A stretch of DNA of 64,000 nucleotides. It comes from an uncultured Methanosarcinaceae archaeon. GTDB lineage: Archaea > Halobacteriota > Methanosarcinia > Methanosarcinales > Methanosarcinaceae. Positions 33,323 through 43,907 of the stretch are shown piece by piece. The notes below the pieces were generated by a model, which saw only the letters and a program-made list of their open reading frames with translations, searched no databases and was not told the DNA's origin. Every line of letters starts with the position of its first letter. Position 1 is the stretch's first letter. The translations under genes were made by a program, and so were the position numbers. Where the stretch lies: NCBI GenBank assembly GCA_963847185.1, contig CAWJYV010000010.1, positions 1 to 64,000 on the forward strand, read 5' to 3'.

Positions 33323-34810
33323 TTACCTAAAAATCCAAACGATTTCTTTTATGTTTGTAATTATTTTATAATTGAAAATTTTTTCAATGATTATTGATAA
33401 AAAGATGTATAAAAAAATCCCTATGAATGAAATTACAATAAAATCGATCATTCCTGTATGCATTAACGACTTTAAGTGAATTAAACTGAATATAGTAAGA
33501 AGCCCGCAAAAAAAAGGATGTATTATTGAATATAATAGATCTCTTGCAGATAATCCTATTGTTTTAATTATCATCAAAATAGATATTATAAAAGCAACTA
33601 AAGTGCTTATTAGTACAGCTAATGAGACTCCAATTAGCTCAAATCTTGATATCAATGGATATATGAAAATTGTAATAGCTACAAATCGAATTATTTGCAC
33701 TTTTGTATCTGTTTTTGTTTTTCCCACAGCATGAAATACAGGTCCTGATGTTGCTTGGATTGACCTAATTAACCCTGAAAGAATCAAAAATTTAATTATT
33801 GGAATAATCGGCATCCATTTATCCCCTAAAAACATCATCGTGAAATCGTGGGCCAAAACAAAGATCAAACCAGCGATTGGAAACGATATGAATGCAGTAA
33901 GTTGCAATACTCGCAAATAAGCTTCTCTCAACTTAGAGATATCATCTTGTAATTTTGAATAAATAGGAAAAGTAACTTGAGAGATTACATGAGTGATTTC
34001 AGTTGCTGGTAAATTAGAGATTGTATAAGCCATCTGATAAAAGCCTAAAGAGGCTGTACCTAATAATTTCCCAACAACAATATTATCCCCTTGAGTAACC
34101 AAAAAGATTAATATATTAGATCCAGAAACCCATTTTCCATATCCAAAAAGTTCTTTTGTTTTATCAATATCGAATCTTAAACGTGGTCTATAAGGATGTA
34201 TCAAGTAACTTGTAATAAGCATTGTTGCATTTCCCGCTAACAAGCCAAATACTAAAGCCCATACGTTTCTGAATATTAAAGTAGCAGTAATCGCCACAAC
34301 AAAATCAGTCAGTATGCCACTTAACTGATAAATAAATTGCTTATCGAACTCTAGTTCCTTTTGGAAATGGATTATACCGATATTAGTAAATGCTTGTAAA
34401 ATAGTTGAAAATCCAATTACCTGGATCATTGGTTTTGCTTCCGGTATGCCAAAAAAAATTGCAGTATATGGTGCGATTAAATATAGTGTCGTAAACAGAA
34501 TTAAACTCCGAAGAATTAGAACAGTCCAAGCACTGTCAAGATAAGGTTTAATATTACATTTCTTTTGAATTAACGCTTGTTGAAATCCTGTTTGTGAGAG
34601 CGTTTCCAAGGTTGTCATTGATAATAAAGCAATACCCATTAGACCAAAATCTTGAGGGGAAAGCAATCGAGCAAGAATCACAAGCCTCACTGAGTTAAAC
34701 AATTGTTGTACTGCCTTAAGCAATAATACCCAGAAACCGCTTACAACAGCACGTTGAGATAGATTTTTTCCAGGGCGTGCCAAGTTGTTAATGTTTATTC
34801 TGAAGATCAT
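33323..34810 (-). CDS. Wzx-type polysaccharide flippase (WzxC-like)
   Basis: ILARLLSPQDFG, GFQQALIQ, GKLLGTASLGFYQMAY, VTFPIYSKLQDD; many TM helices. Confidence 0.9.
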   Translation of the reverse strand: MIFRININNLARPGKNLSQRAVVSGFWVLLLKAVQQLFNSVRLVILARLLSPQDFGLMGIALLSMTTLETLSQTGFQQALIQKKCNIKPYLDSAWTVLILRSLILFTTLYLIAPYTAIFFGIPEAKPMIQVIGFSTILQAFTNIGIIHFQKELEFDKQFIYQLSGILTDFVVAITATLIFRNVWALVFGLLAGNATMLITSYLIHPYRPRLRFDIDKTKELFGYGKWVSGSNILIFLVTQGDNIVVGKLLGTASLGFYQMAYTISNLPATEITHVISQVTFPIYSKLQDDISKLREAYLRVLQLTAFISFPIAGLIFVLAHDFTMMFLGDKWMPIIPIIKFLILSGLIRSIQATSGPVFHAVGKTKTDTKVQIIRFVAITIFIYPLISRFELIGVSLAVLISTLVAFIISILMIIKTIGLSARDLLYSIIHPFFCGLLTIFSLIHLKSLMHTGMIDFIVISFIGIFLYIFLSIIIEKIFNYKIITNIKEIVWIFR

Positions 34811-35093
34811 TTTTCCACAGTTTTAGCGTTTTACGATTATCTATGTTCCTATGCAATAAGCTACGATCACATATTCCAGATATGTCAAAAAGCTCTCCGA
34901 CTACCTGATGAAAAAATTTTAAAGGTACCCTTTTTGTTATAAATCTCTATTTATAAAAATTTTTCCTAATATGTCTGATTATATGTTATCAGAACAAACC
35001 TCATAAACATAATAAAAAACAAAGAAAAAGGAGTTTATCCATTCTGATATTAACTTTGTGGACCAGTTCCAGCTATAGATAAATCAAATTGTG

Positions 35094-35226
35094 GGGGCTG
35101 CCCACCCTAAACAGGTCGTTCGATAATTACTTACAATAATGAAAGAATCCTTTTTTCCAATTTGAAGGTCTAAATTCGTCCTTTTTGTCATTTTATTGCC
35201 CTAAAATTGGATTGTTGGACAGCCTT
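35094..35226. mobile_element. ~133-bp MITE with IS1182-type ends
   Basis: Right end ATTGTTGGACAGCCT resembles the IS1182 IR (ATTGTCGGACAGCCTC); left end GGGGCTGCCCA. Confidence 0.6.
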
Positions 35227-35542
35227 TGAAGGAAGGGTATACCCACATACCCCCAACCATGTACATATACCTGGAAACTAATCTAAAAGATAAGGGACCT
35301 CGTTCGTAACCAATTGGATCAAATATTCCCAGGAAGGCTCCACAACGCAATTAAAACGAGTAAATGATACAGTAGTTACTATGTCAGCAAGTACGGATCA
35401 GGCTTCTGGGATATGTGGAAGGCTGGCGCGATACGTCTATCCCGAAGAGGGTATACTTTCACATATACCTGTAAACCACGTGCGATGGCCAAGGCTACCG
35501 CTAGGGATAAAGATTAAACATTTGTAAAATTATCGAAGATTG

Positions 35543-35878
35543 TTATTCAGCTTCACACATGTTGCATTCGTCACAGTTGCTACAACTACCGGATTCAGCA
35601 TTTTGTATTATGAAGTTTTTACCATTTTTATCGGCTACAAAATCAATGCTACCATCAGAAAAGCCAATTGCAACTTTTGCCGCCATAACAAGTTTGATAC
35701 CATTATTTTCCATGGTTACATCAAATTTGTCTATATCATCAGCAAGTGCCAAGCCATATTGAGCGTCACCAGATAATGATGTTCCTGTGATATAGATTCG
35801 TATTGAAGCGTCTGATTTACCTTCTGATTCTAGCAAAGCTTTCAGCTCTTTAGCAGCTCTGTTTGTTATTTCGATCAT
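35543..35878 (-). CDS. HesB/IscA-family Fe-S assembly accessory protein, atypical Cys pattern
   Basis: MIEITNRAAKELK, IRIYI.G, YGLAL, GSIDFV; C-terminal CSNCDECNMC. Confidence 0.8.
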   Translation of the reverse strand: MIEITNRAAKELKALLESEGKSDASIRIYITGTSLSGDAQYGLALADDIDKFDVTMENNGIKLVMAAKVAIGFSDGSIDFVADKNGKNFIIQNAESGSCSNCDECNMCEAE

Positions 35879-36449
35879 TTATAAATCCCCCTTAAGTACA
35901 TAAATTAATTGGCGGTATGCGTATATAGTATTATTGACCGCTACTAACGTTTTCTCAATCGTTACTCACCATATGAAATATATGATTTATTTGGCCGATC
36001 ATCCTTAAAACGCAAAAAACTATGAAAAACTCACAGGTAATAAAACGAATCTCAAGGCTGTAATAACCCTGAAGACCATACCTAAACGCACATATATCCA
36101 GAAGCTAATCTAAAAGCCAGGGATATCGCTCGGGATAAGGGAAGGTATTTTTCCTTGCCTATTATAGGACCAGATACACATTAAGGACGATCAGACAGAA
36201 AAGTTAAACGAGAATATGCATACAGACTGTTCATATTCTAACTCGATCCCAGAGAATAGCAGGTTAAATATTAAGCTACTTCCGGAGAATATGTAAAAAT
36301 AAGAAACCACGATGGAAGTTTTGGCGACATGGTTAAAGCCTGTTTCTGCCATAACTGGGGAAACAGAACGTGTGCCAAAACCATACATCATGTACTCATA
36401 ACCCTTTGGATATAACCTTTTTAATGATTTTTCAATCAAAGATGTTTAC

Positions 36450-37817
36450 TTATTTTACTGTGATGTACTTTGACCTTGTTACCGAATTACTGCCTGCTGC
36501 ATTTTTCACCGTTAAACTGACAGTGTACTTCCCTGCTTTTGTGTATCTATGTACAGGATTCTTGGCTGTTGAAGTACTCCTGTCGCCAAAGTTCCAGGAC
36601 CAGGAAGTAAGTGACTGTGTGCTTTTATCGGTGAATTTCACTGTTAACGGTCTTTTCCCAGAGACAGGAGATGCAGAAAAAGCAGCAACTGGAGGGTAAA
36701 CAAGGGTCCCCATATAAATATCTTCAGCCGTGCCGAATTCTTCATAACGAGTATCTGCCCATACTATACGATTTCCATAGATCCCAGGAGACATAGCATA
36801 TGGGTTACCATCAGCAATCAAAATTTCATAGCTATTGGAGAGATCATACATCCAGATATAGTTAGTTCCATCCAAATCACTACAACACATTGCCCCTACT
36901 ATTTTGTCGCCGTAGATAGATACCTCCTGTCCATGTGCTATCGAAGCCTCCTTGTGAGTAGATAGATCGTACACATAAACATCGGCGCAGGGATGAAAAT
37001 CTCCATCAAAATTGCTCCAGTCCGCCCAAACGATTCTATTTCCATTGATAGCAGGATTAGATGCATTTCCGCCAGTGCTGATTCTAGTTTCCTTCTTAGT
37101 AGAGAAATCGTACATGTAGATATCAGAGATATCATTATACTCGTCCGAATTGCTGGAATCCTGCCAAACTATCTTGTTCTTATATATATCAGGCGTTTGC
37201 GCTGATCCATTTTTGGTAATCTGAGTCTTCTTCCTGGAAGAAACATCATACATCCATATGTTTCCATGTTGATAATCGTATTCAGAAGTCAATTCCTGCC
37301 ACACAATAATATTATCGTATACTTTAGGATTGTACCCATTTCCACTACTGGTAATCTGGGTTTGTTTTTTAGTAGAGACATCGTACAAGTAAATATCGGA
37401 TTTTTTACTGAAATTTCCATTGAGATCTTCATTGAGAGTATCAACCCACACAATCCTGTTTCTATGAATAGCCGGCATGGATACTCTTCCACTAGTGCTA
37501 ATCCTACTTTCCTTATTAGTACCAAGATCATACATGTAAATATCTGGGTTTCCGTTGCGCCAATCTTCCCACACAATCCTACCCCCATAGATAGCAGGAG
37601 ATCGAGCTGTTTTGCTTGTAGTGATTCGAGTTTCGATGATACTTGTCTCAGCACTGGCTAATGCTTCTGTGTCACTCGATTGGGTAATGCTCGGTTGTGT
37701 GACACTTTGAAGATCTTTTCCAGTGGATGCCGATGCCGTGGACGAAACAATAATTAAAAATAATATCAAAGCTACTGATGCTATGATTATCGAATTCAAC
37801 TCTTTCTTACTGTTCAC
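36450..37817 (-). CDS. Methanosarcina-type beta-propeller repeat + PKD cell-surface protein
   Basis: Repeated PAIYG.RIVW.D.RNG..DIYMYDLST.KE.RI units; C-terminal PKD (PVAAFSASP, WSWNFGD, KAGKYTVSLTVKN). Confidence 0.9.
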   Translation of the reverse strand: MNSKKELNSIIIASVALILFLIIVSSTASASTGKDLQSVTQPSITQSSDTEALASAETSIIETRITTSKTARSPAIYGGRIVWEDWRNGNPDIYMYDLGTNKESRISTSGRVSMPAIHRNRIVWVDTLNEDLNGNFSKKSDIYLYDVSTKKQTQITSSGNGYNPKVYDNIIVWQELTSEYDYQHGNIWMYDVSSRKKTQITKNGSAQTPDIYKNKIVWQDSSNSDEYNDISDIYMYDFSTKKETRISTGGNASNPAINGNRIVWADWSNFDGDFHPCADVYVYDLSTHKEASIAHGQEVSIYGDKIVGAMCCSDLDGTNYIWMYDLSNSYEILIADGNPYAMSPGIYGNRIVWADTRYEEFGTAEDIYMGTLVYPPVAAFSASPVSGKRPLTVKFTDKSTQSLTSWSWNFGDRSTSTAKNPVHRYTKAGKYTVSLTVKNAAGSNSVTRSKYITVK

Positions 37818-37999
37818 CTATTTCTCCTTCTCTATTCCTATTTTTTTATTTATCGCTTTTTATCGTTTTAATGTTGCTAGCATGTTGACTCACTCCAATT
37901 TTTTAAACTTTTTTATTTGAATCACAGCTTTATAATATTTATTTTATTAGATCTATTTTTATAAACTCGAGAAGTTGGCCCCCCAAAAAATAATATAAA

Positions 38000-38130
38000 G
38001 AGCTCATTCCAAAACCAATTTCATTCTCAAAAACCAGGGAGTTTTAGAACTATTTTCCGTGATCTGAAGCTTGATTGATTACTCGGAATACGGAATTTAG
38101 AGGAGTAGTTTCGAGTTTTGGGATGAACTC
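38000..38130 (+). mobile_element. ~130-bp MITE (GAGCTCATCCCAAAA family)
   Basis: IRs GAGCTCATTCCAAAAC / GTTTTGGGATGAACTC; internal similarity to 41692 and 47499. Confidence 0.8.
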
Positions 38131-38655
38131 AAAAGAATATTCATAGGCAAAGCTTCTGGGATATGTTGAAGGCTTGAGCGGTACGTATATTCGTTCTATA
38201 CTTAACCACGCACATATTTCTAGAATCCACGTACAAAGGTTAGAGCTATCGCTCGAAACCAGATGAATCAAATAATCCCGAAAGGCACCACAACGCAATT
38301 AAAACGAATATTTAGTCACTGCGTCATCAATTACCTGTTGCGAAATATATAGGGATAAAAGAAAGAGACTATATCATTAAAGGAAATTGTGAAATGTAAA
38401 AGCTAGATCAAACATATGTCAAAGACATACATAATTAGAAGTGGGACACAAAAACGAAAGAAAATTTATAGTTTGAGAGAAGTTGAACGAATTTGTTCCT
38501 ACTTGCGATAGTCCATCTATGACTTACTAACTCCATCCTCTTGGATTGACTTCTAAGTGGACAGATTGTTTATAAGAATTTTTAAATTAAAATTGTATCT
38601 GTATCATATAGAAGTTATCAGTAAAGAAAAAAATCCTTATTCAACTTATTTCGAT

Positions 38656-38920
38656 GAGCTGATCTCAAAACTCAAACTTGCTTTTCTAAGTCCCTTATTC
38701 TAGAACCTATCCCGAAACTAATATTATGTTGAAATTATAAATTTGAATTTATGTTGTTTCATGAAATTGATAATGTTCTATAGGAATCCATGGAACCTTA
38801 TCTTCCTCCCCAGAAACCACACACATGAGTACGAATGGGGTTCGACTTTATGTCTATCCCAGAAGAATGACAAAAAAGAAAATTGAATGTAGAGTCTTAG
38901 GAAATTGGATTTGGATAGAG
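38656..38920 (+). mobile_element. Half MITE (38656-38701) fused to an internally deleted IS5-family remnant (38702-~38920)
   Basis: GAGCTGATCTCAAAACTCAAACTTGC matches 47499. Then an AGAACCTATCCCGAAAC end, an FHEIDNVL*ESMEPYLPPQKPH N-terminal transposase motif and a GATTTGGATAGAG end. Confidence 0.6.
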
Positions 38921-39008
38921 GGAAAAGGAAAGAGGTTATCAATTCAAATCCTCAAAATTCACTTTTAGATAAGCTGAAAAATGAAGGCTTAATTTAAGCC
39001 TCCTCTCT

Positions 39009-39149
39009 TTATTTTCCTTTTCTTTTCTTATCCTGTTCTTTTATTTTATTGGCTGATTCCTTAACTTCCTCAACTGGTTTTTTTATTTTGTCGTTAGTTT
39101 CCTTATCATTCTTATCTCTTTTTGCTGCCTTCTGTTTCTTGGTCGCCAA
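39009..39149 (-). CDS. 46-aa Lys-rich small protein
   Basis: TTG start after a GGAGGT RBS; MATKKQKAAKRDKNDKETNDKIKKPVEEVKESANKIKEQDKKRKGK. Confidence 0.6.
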   Translation of the reverse strand: MATKKQKAAKRDKNDKETNDKIKKPVEEVKESANKIKEQDKKRKGK

Positions 39150-39643
39150 ATTATGAACCTCCGAATGTCACTTTTTTACAAATATATAATTATAAAACAG
39201 TCTAGTACTATAAAAAGGTCGTCTTTGAGAATAGAATAATGGAATTACAATGAGAGAAGTTGGCCAGGACTTTCAAAGCTTGCATGCACTTTATTGGCAT
39301 TAAAAATCTACGTACAGGGTTTCCCAGAACGAGTTAATCCTTAGAAGGGGCTAAACGCTTGGCTACGAGGCTTAGAGTGGTCGCTGAATATATGTGCGTA
39401 GAAGGCTCGGGATATTCTTAATATCCTGAATATCCTGAACCAAAGGATAATCCAAATACCAAGACCCAGTTCCAAGCCTTGTAACGAGGTTGCTAGAAGG
39501 TTTTTTTCAGGATTATAAAATATTTTTCCAGAAATCCTTTATAAAGGCCCCACTATTCAATAAATAAGATAGATTTATTAACCGTAGGCAATTATTGGAA
39601 CTGAAAATCACTATAGAGAATAGCCACCTCTGAGATGATATAA

Positions 39644-39925
39644 ATGGACTCAATGGAAAAAATCTTTGGAAAAACCGCACAAATGACGGTACTTAAGAAC
39701 CTGATCGAAAACCAGAACGAACCAACTTACCTTTCAGGAATAGCTGAAGCAACTGGACTATCACATTCCAGTGTATCAAGGGTTATAACACCTTTAGTCG
39801 TGTCAGGCGTTGTTCAAGAAAAGCTCCTCGGAAAGCAAATCCGAATTTTTCAGCTGAACATGGAAAATGAAGCGACAAATGCCATAGTTAATTTTTACAG
39901 CAAAATCAACGAGGCAATAAATTAA
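39644..39925 (+). CDS. Winged helix-turn-helix transcriptional regulator
   Basis: PTYLSGIAEATGLSHSSVSRVITPL...GKQIRIFQLN. Confidence 0.85.
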   Translation: MDSMEKIFGKTAQMTVLKNLIENQNEPTYLSGIAEATGLSHSSVSRVITPLVVSGVVQEKLLGKQIRIFQLNMENEATNAIVNFYSKINEAIN

Positions 39926-40109
39926 ACCCTGGTAGTAAGTAGGTAAGGGAAATTCAATTTCCCAACTTATCTTTTTTGACCTTGTCTCAACTATTGACAA
40001 GCAGCTTGGATGTTATTTAAAAAACAGTAGCCTATCTGCTTTTTCTCATCTGTCACATGATTCTCATTTATTTATGAATGTAATAGTATAACAACAGATG
40101 TTAAATTTT

Positions 40110-41047
40110 GGTGCTGCCTCATTAATTAGTTGATATTTTTCTATTTCTATAATTTAACAAATCTGTCAATGTCCATTTATTTTTAGTAATCCCATATTTT
40201 TCTGCTGGTGTTTTCTTTCCCAAAACTCCATTTTCTTTTTCTTTTTTTAATCCTCTATGGTCTCTACAAAAGTTAAAATGAGTGCAATAAAGTCTCATTT
40301 GGTTGTACAATCCCTCAATTTTCTTTGAAAACCCTATTGCTTCCTTGAAACTCTATTGTTATCCTGTCTAAATGTTAGATTTTGTCTTTCAAGCAAACTT
40401 GTTGAAATTTCACTTTGATCTATATTTTGACCAAAGATTACTCTTTTTTCAATTTTCTGAAGCTTCTTTCCCAGTTTGTTTTTGATAACCTGAGCATATT
40501 TCAGATTTTCATTAGGTACTATTGCTGGTTTTCTGGGTCTTCCTCTCTTTCCAGTTTTAGAAAACTCTACCAAATCACCATATTTTTTCAAAAGAGCTTC
40601 AGCATAGAATTTTGATCCATCTGTAACAAAAAGAGGTTTTAAAGTTGAAAGATGTTTATCTGTAATTTCTATTAATTCATCTACTACATACTGTTTTCTT
40701 GGTCCCAGTACAAAATCAATTATTAATCTGGACTCAGGTGCAAAGCTCACCCACATCCATGCTCCATCATCTTCAACTTCTGTTCTTGGAGCAACTTTTT
40801 TTCAATTATTACCCATAGTTCATCCATCTCAACTTTGGAAATATTAAGATCCTTCATCAAGTCTTCATTTACCTTCTCACATTGTTTCGCTGCGCGAAAC
40901 AACCAGTTACTTACTGTTGCAGGTTGAACTTCCAATACATCAGAAATAGCTTGTATTGACATTCCTTTAATAGCCATTTTAAGGGCTAGTTTAATGTCAG
41001 ATTCGTCTTTGCGAACATTCTCAAAAAAAGTACCTGTTCGATCATTG
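40110..41047 (-). pseudogene. IS1-family transposase pseudogene, 5'-truncated, several frameshifts
   Basis: Fragments 40747-41073, 40334-40756 and 40122-40310 (HTH, EMDELW, VTDG, LERQNLT, HFNFCRDH); A7G slippery site at ~40795-40802. Confidence 0.82.
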
Positions 41048-41411
41048 CTATAAATATATAGAGACCTTAGCAATATTTTTCTACATAAACAAAATCAAGA
41101 TTATGAATTAAAAGAGTGGAAAGAAAAAAAAAGAGATCTACAGTGAATAATCCTAAGCCAAACAGTTTAAATAACTTGAGACTCAATTAATAAAAATTTA
41201 AAGAGCTTGAAAACTCTTTCGGTAAGAAAAGTAAATCGTAGATATTGCGACTATTCTCGTTAGAGGATAGAAAAAGATATTCAACAGCTATTACCAGTGA
41301 GATGGATTTTACAGGTCCTATTTCACGGAGAAATTACTTGAAATCAACAGAGTTACAGCTAAAGATAATAAGTCTACAGGTAAGATCAAAAATATTAAGC
41401 ATTTACTGAAT

Positions 41412-41541
41412 GAGCTTATCTCAAAAATCGTAATTAGACCTTTAAATCTTGGATTTGGAGTAATCAAATGAGTTTCTGATGATGAAAAATAATTTTGAAA
41501 CTTTTATTTGTGTGGGATAAAATCAGTCTTGGGATAAGCTC
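41412..41541 (-). mobile_element. ~130-bp MITE (GAGCTCATCCCAAAA family)
   Basis: IRs GAGCTTATCTCAAAA / TCTTGGGATAAGCTC. Confidence 0.75.
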
Positions 41542-41691
41542 ATTAAATAAAGAGAGTATTGAAGGTAAAATAGATTTTTTGGCTGAAAATGAATCAACTG
41601 TAAGTTTAATTGAAGCAATTCAATATCTTTTAGATAAAATCCAGAGGAATTAAAGGTGATGGAAAATAGCATCCTGGATTTAATAAACAAT

Positions 41692-41821
41692 GAGCTCATC
41701 CCAAAACCAGTTTTGTTCTCAAATCAGTAAAGCTTTAGAAATATTTTTCATAATTATAAGCTTAATTAAAAATTTAGAATTCGAGATTTAGATACATAAT
41801 TTTGATTTTTGGGATGAGCTC
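41692..41821 (+). mobile_element. 130-bp MITE with perfect 15-bp IRs and a 4-bp TSD
   Basis: GAGCTCATCCCAAAA / TTTTGGGATGAGCTC; CAAT on both sides. Confidence 0.88.
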
Positions 41822-41906
41822 CAATATTAAAAAAGAAGATAGGATTTCACAATTAATAGAATATTGTTAATATGTAATTTAAAATTTTAGAAAAATTGTA
41901 GAAAGT

Positions 41907-42839
41907 ATGGTTATTATGATTTCTGTAGTTATCTGCACTTACAATAGATGTGATCTTCTCAAGCAGGTTATGCAAACATTAGTAAATCAAAAATTATCAA
42001 GCAAATTATATGAAATTATAGTAGTAGATAACAATTCAAAAGATAATACAAAAGATATAGTTAATCAGATAATTTCCAATAATCTAGACAAATCCATATA
42101 TTATGTCCTTGAAACCAAACAGGGTCTATCTCATGCTCGCAATAGAGGTTGGAAAGAAGCGAAAGGTGAATATGTTGCATATATTGATGATGACTGCAAA
42201 GCACCTGAACAATGGTTAGAGATAGCTAAGCAGATAATTGACCAGCATTCTCCGGCTATTTTTGGAGGTCCTTATTATGCATTTTATAGTTCGCCAAAGC
42301 CTAATTGGTTCAAAGACAGTTATGGTTCTCATACATTAGGCGACCAAGCGCATCCTATGGGATTTGACGAGTTTGTAAGTGGTGGAAACATTTTTTTCCG
42401 AAAATCCCTGCTTCAGAAAATTGGAGGTTTTGATCCAAAGCTAGGTATGGTAGGGAATAAAATCGCATATGGAGAGGAAACTGTATTACAAATTTATGTA
42501 AGAGAATCAATGCCTACAGAATCAATATATTATGACCCAGATCTTTATATGTATCATCTGGTAAGGCCAGAGAAAATGTCATTGAAGTGGAATTTGAGAA
42601 AAAGAATAGCTGATGGATGTAACTCGTATCAATTATTTCATTCTAGAAAAATCAAATTGCGTCCAAAATTAAGAATAGGTTTCAATGTAATAATATATTT
42701 ATTTCTAATTTTTGTTGATTTATTTAGGATATTTTTCCGTGATAAAAAAAGGTATCCTTACTTTGAAAATTATGCATATGAACGTATTTTTGGATATGTT
42801 GAAGCACTTACGGATTCATTTAAACAATTGAAAACTTAA
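41907..42839 (+). CDS. Glycosyltransferase family 2
   Basis: SVVICTYNR, VVDNNSKD, GLSHARNRG, YIDDD, YGEET. Confidence 0.93.
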   Translation: MVIMISVVICTYNRCDLLKQVMQTLVNQKLSSKLYEIIVVDNNSKDNTKDIVNQIISNNLDKSIYYVLETKQGLSHARNRGWKEAKGEYVAYIDDDCKAPEQWLEIAKQIIDQHSPAIFGGPYYAFYSSPKPNWFKDSYGSHTLGDQAHPMGFDEFVSGGNIFFRKSLLQKIGGFDPKLGMVGNKIAYGEETVLQIYVRESMPTESIYYDPDLYMYHLVRPEKMSLKWNLRKRIADGCNSYQLFHSRKIKLRPKLRIGFNVIIYLFLIFVDLFRIFFRDKKRYPYFENYAYERIFGYVEALTDSFKQLKT

Positions 42840-42893
42840 GTAAGGAAAATAATAATCAAAACTAAAAGCAATAAATTATGCAAGTGGTTTCTA

Positions 42894-43847
42894 ATGATCC
42901 AAAAAAGTAATTTGGTATCTGTTATAATACCCTCCCATAACAGAGAGAAATATTTAGAGCGCTCTGTAAGAAGCGTTTTAAATCAAACTTATGATAACAT
43001 TGAAGTCATAATAATTGACGACAATTCTATAGACAATACAGAAAATTTAATCAATCTACTTCAACAAGAAGATAAGCGCATATTATATATTCGTCATGAA
43101 ACAAATAAAGGTGCTCAAGCCGCAAGGAATACAGGAATTTATGCGTCTAAAGGTGAATGGATAGCCTTTTTGGATTCTGACGACGAATGGTTACCCAAAA
43201 AAATTGAGAAACAATTATCTTACGCAAGTGAATTTGATGCGTCTGTTGTCTATTCTGAGGCATATCTAAGAGATGACAATTTACAAAATAATGAAATGAA
43301 ACTCTTTGGTATCCCACCTTTTTCTGGAGATATTTACAAAAATTTATTGGCGAATCCTGGACCTATGTATCAGGGATTATTAGTCCGGAAAAGCTGTTTT
43401 GAGAAAATTAGTTACCTAGATGAGACAATTGTCTCTTACCAAGAATGGGACACATCTATAAAATTAGCAAAATATTACAATTTTATTTTCATTGCAGAAC
43501 CCCTCTATATTTATTACAAAAATATAAACAACTCCATATCAACAGATATTAAAAGAGATATTCAAGGTTATTTGCAGATTCTTACTAAATATCATGATGA
43601 GATTGATAAAGTTGCAGGAAAAAATAGCTTGATAAAACATTATCTGATTATAGCAAAGAAATATTATTCAACAGGAGAATATAACCATTCTTCTTTATAC
43701 TTCAAAAAAGCTGCACAAAACTCATTATCATTAAGGCGGCTTAAATATAATTTACAAGCGCAATTTGCAATTCGAAACTTGAACCCAAATATATTAGATA
43801 TTAATATTTTATTACATATTGCTCGACTTTGTCACATTTCGAGATAA
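42894..43847 (+). CDS. Glycosyltransferase family 2
   Basis: SVIIPSHNR, IIDDNSID, AARNTGI, AFLDSDD. Confidence 0.93.
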   Translation: MIQKSNLVSVIIPSHNREKYLERSVRSVLNQTYDNIEVIIIDDNSIDNTENLINLLQQEDKRILYIRHETNKGAQAARNTGIYASKGEWIAFLDSDDEWLPKKIEKQLSYASEFDASVVYSEAYLRDDNLQNNEMKLFGIPPFSGDIYKNLLANPGPMYQGLLVRKSCFEKISYLDETIVSYQEWDTSIKLAKYYNFIFIAEPLYIYYKNINNSISTDIKRDIQGYLQILTKYHDEIDKVAGKNSLIKHYLIIAKKYYSTGEYNHSSLYFKKAAQNSLSLRRLKYNLQAQFAIRNLNPNILDINILLHIARLCHISR

Positions 43848-43907
43848 AAACGCTACAATAAATTATCTCATCAAATATGGGCCTTGTCCTTGAGTAACTG
43901 ACTTTTA

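Larger units (their letters stand above)
31163..39415. repeat. Dispersed degenerate intergenic repeat family (modules A, B, C)
   Basis: Module A (CACGCACATATA.C..GAA.C.A..T..AAAAGCCAGGG..ATCGCTCG) at ~31181, 35258, 35460, 36086, 38207 and inverted at ~39365-39400. Module B (CCC.GAAGGCTCCACAACGC.ATTAAAACGA...ACTATGTCAGCAAGTACGGATCAG) at ~31605, 35328, 38277. Module C (GCTTCTGGGATATGT.GAAGGCT) at 35402 and 38152. Confidence 0.75.

Noticed and set aside
38779-38781. UAG within the IS5 N-terminal motif as possible pyrrolysine
   Set aside because: It lies in a short, internally deleted remnant and is most simply a TGG>TAG decay mutation.
31160-39420. A/B/C repeats as a CRISPR array or canonical attC sites
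   Set aside because: Copies are degenerate, long and irregularly spaced, with no cas genes. Canonical attC core ends and an integron integrase were not seen.
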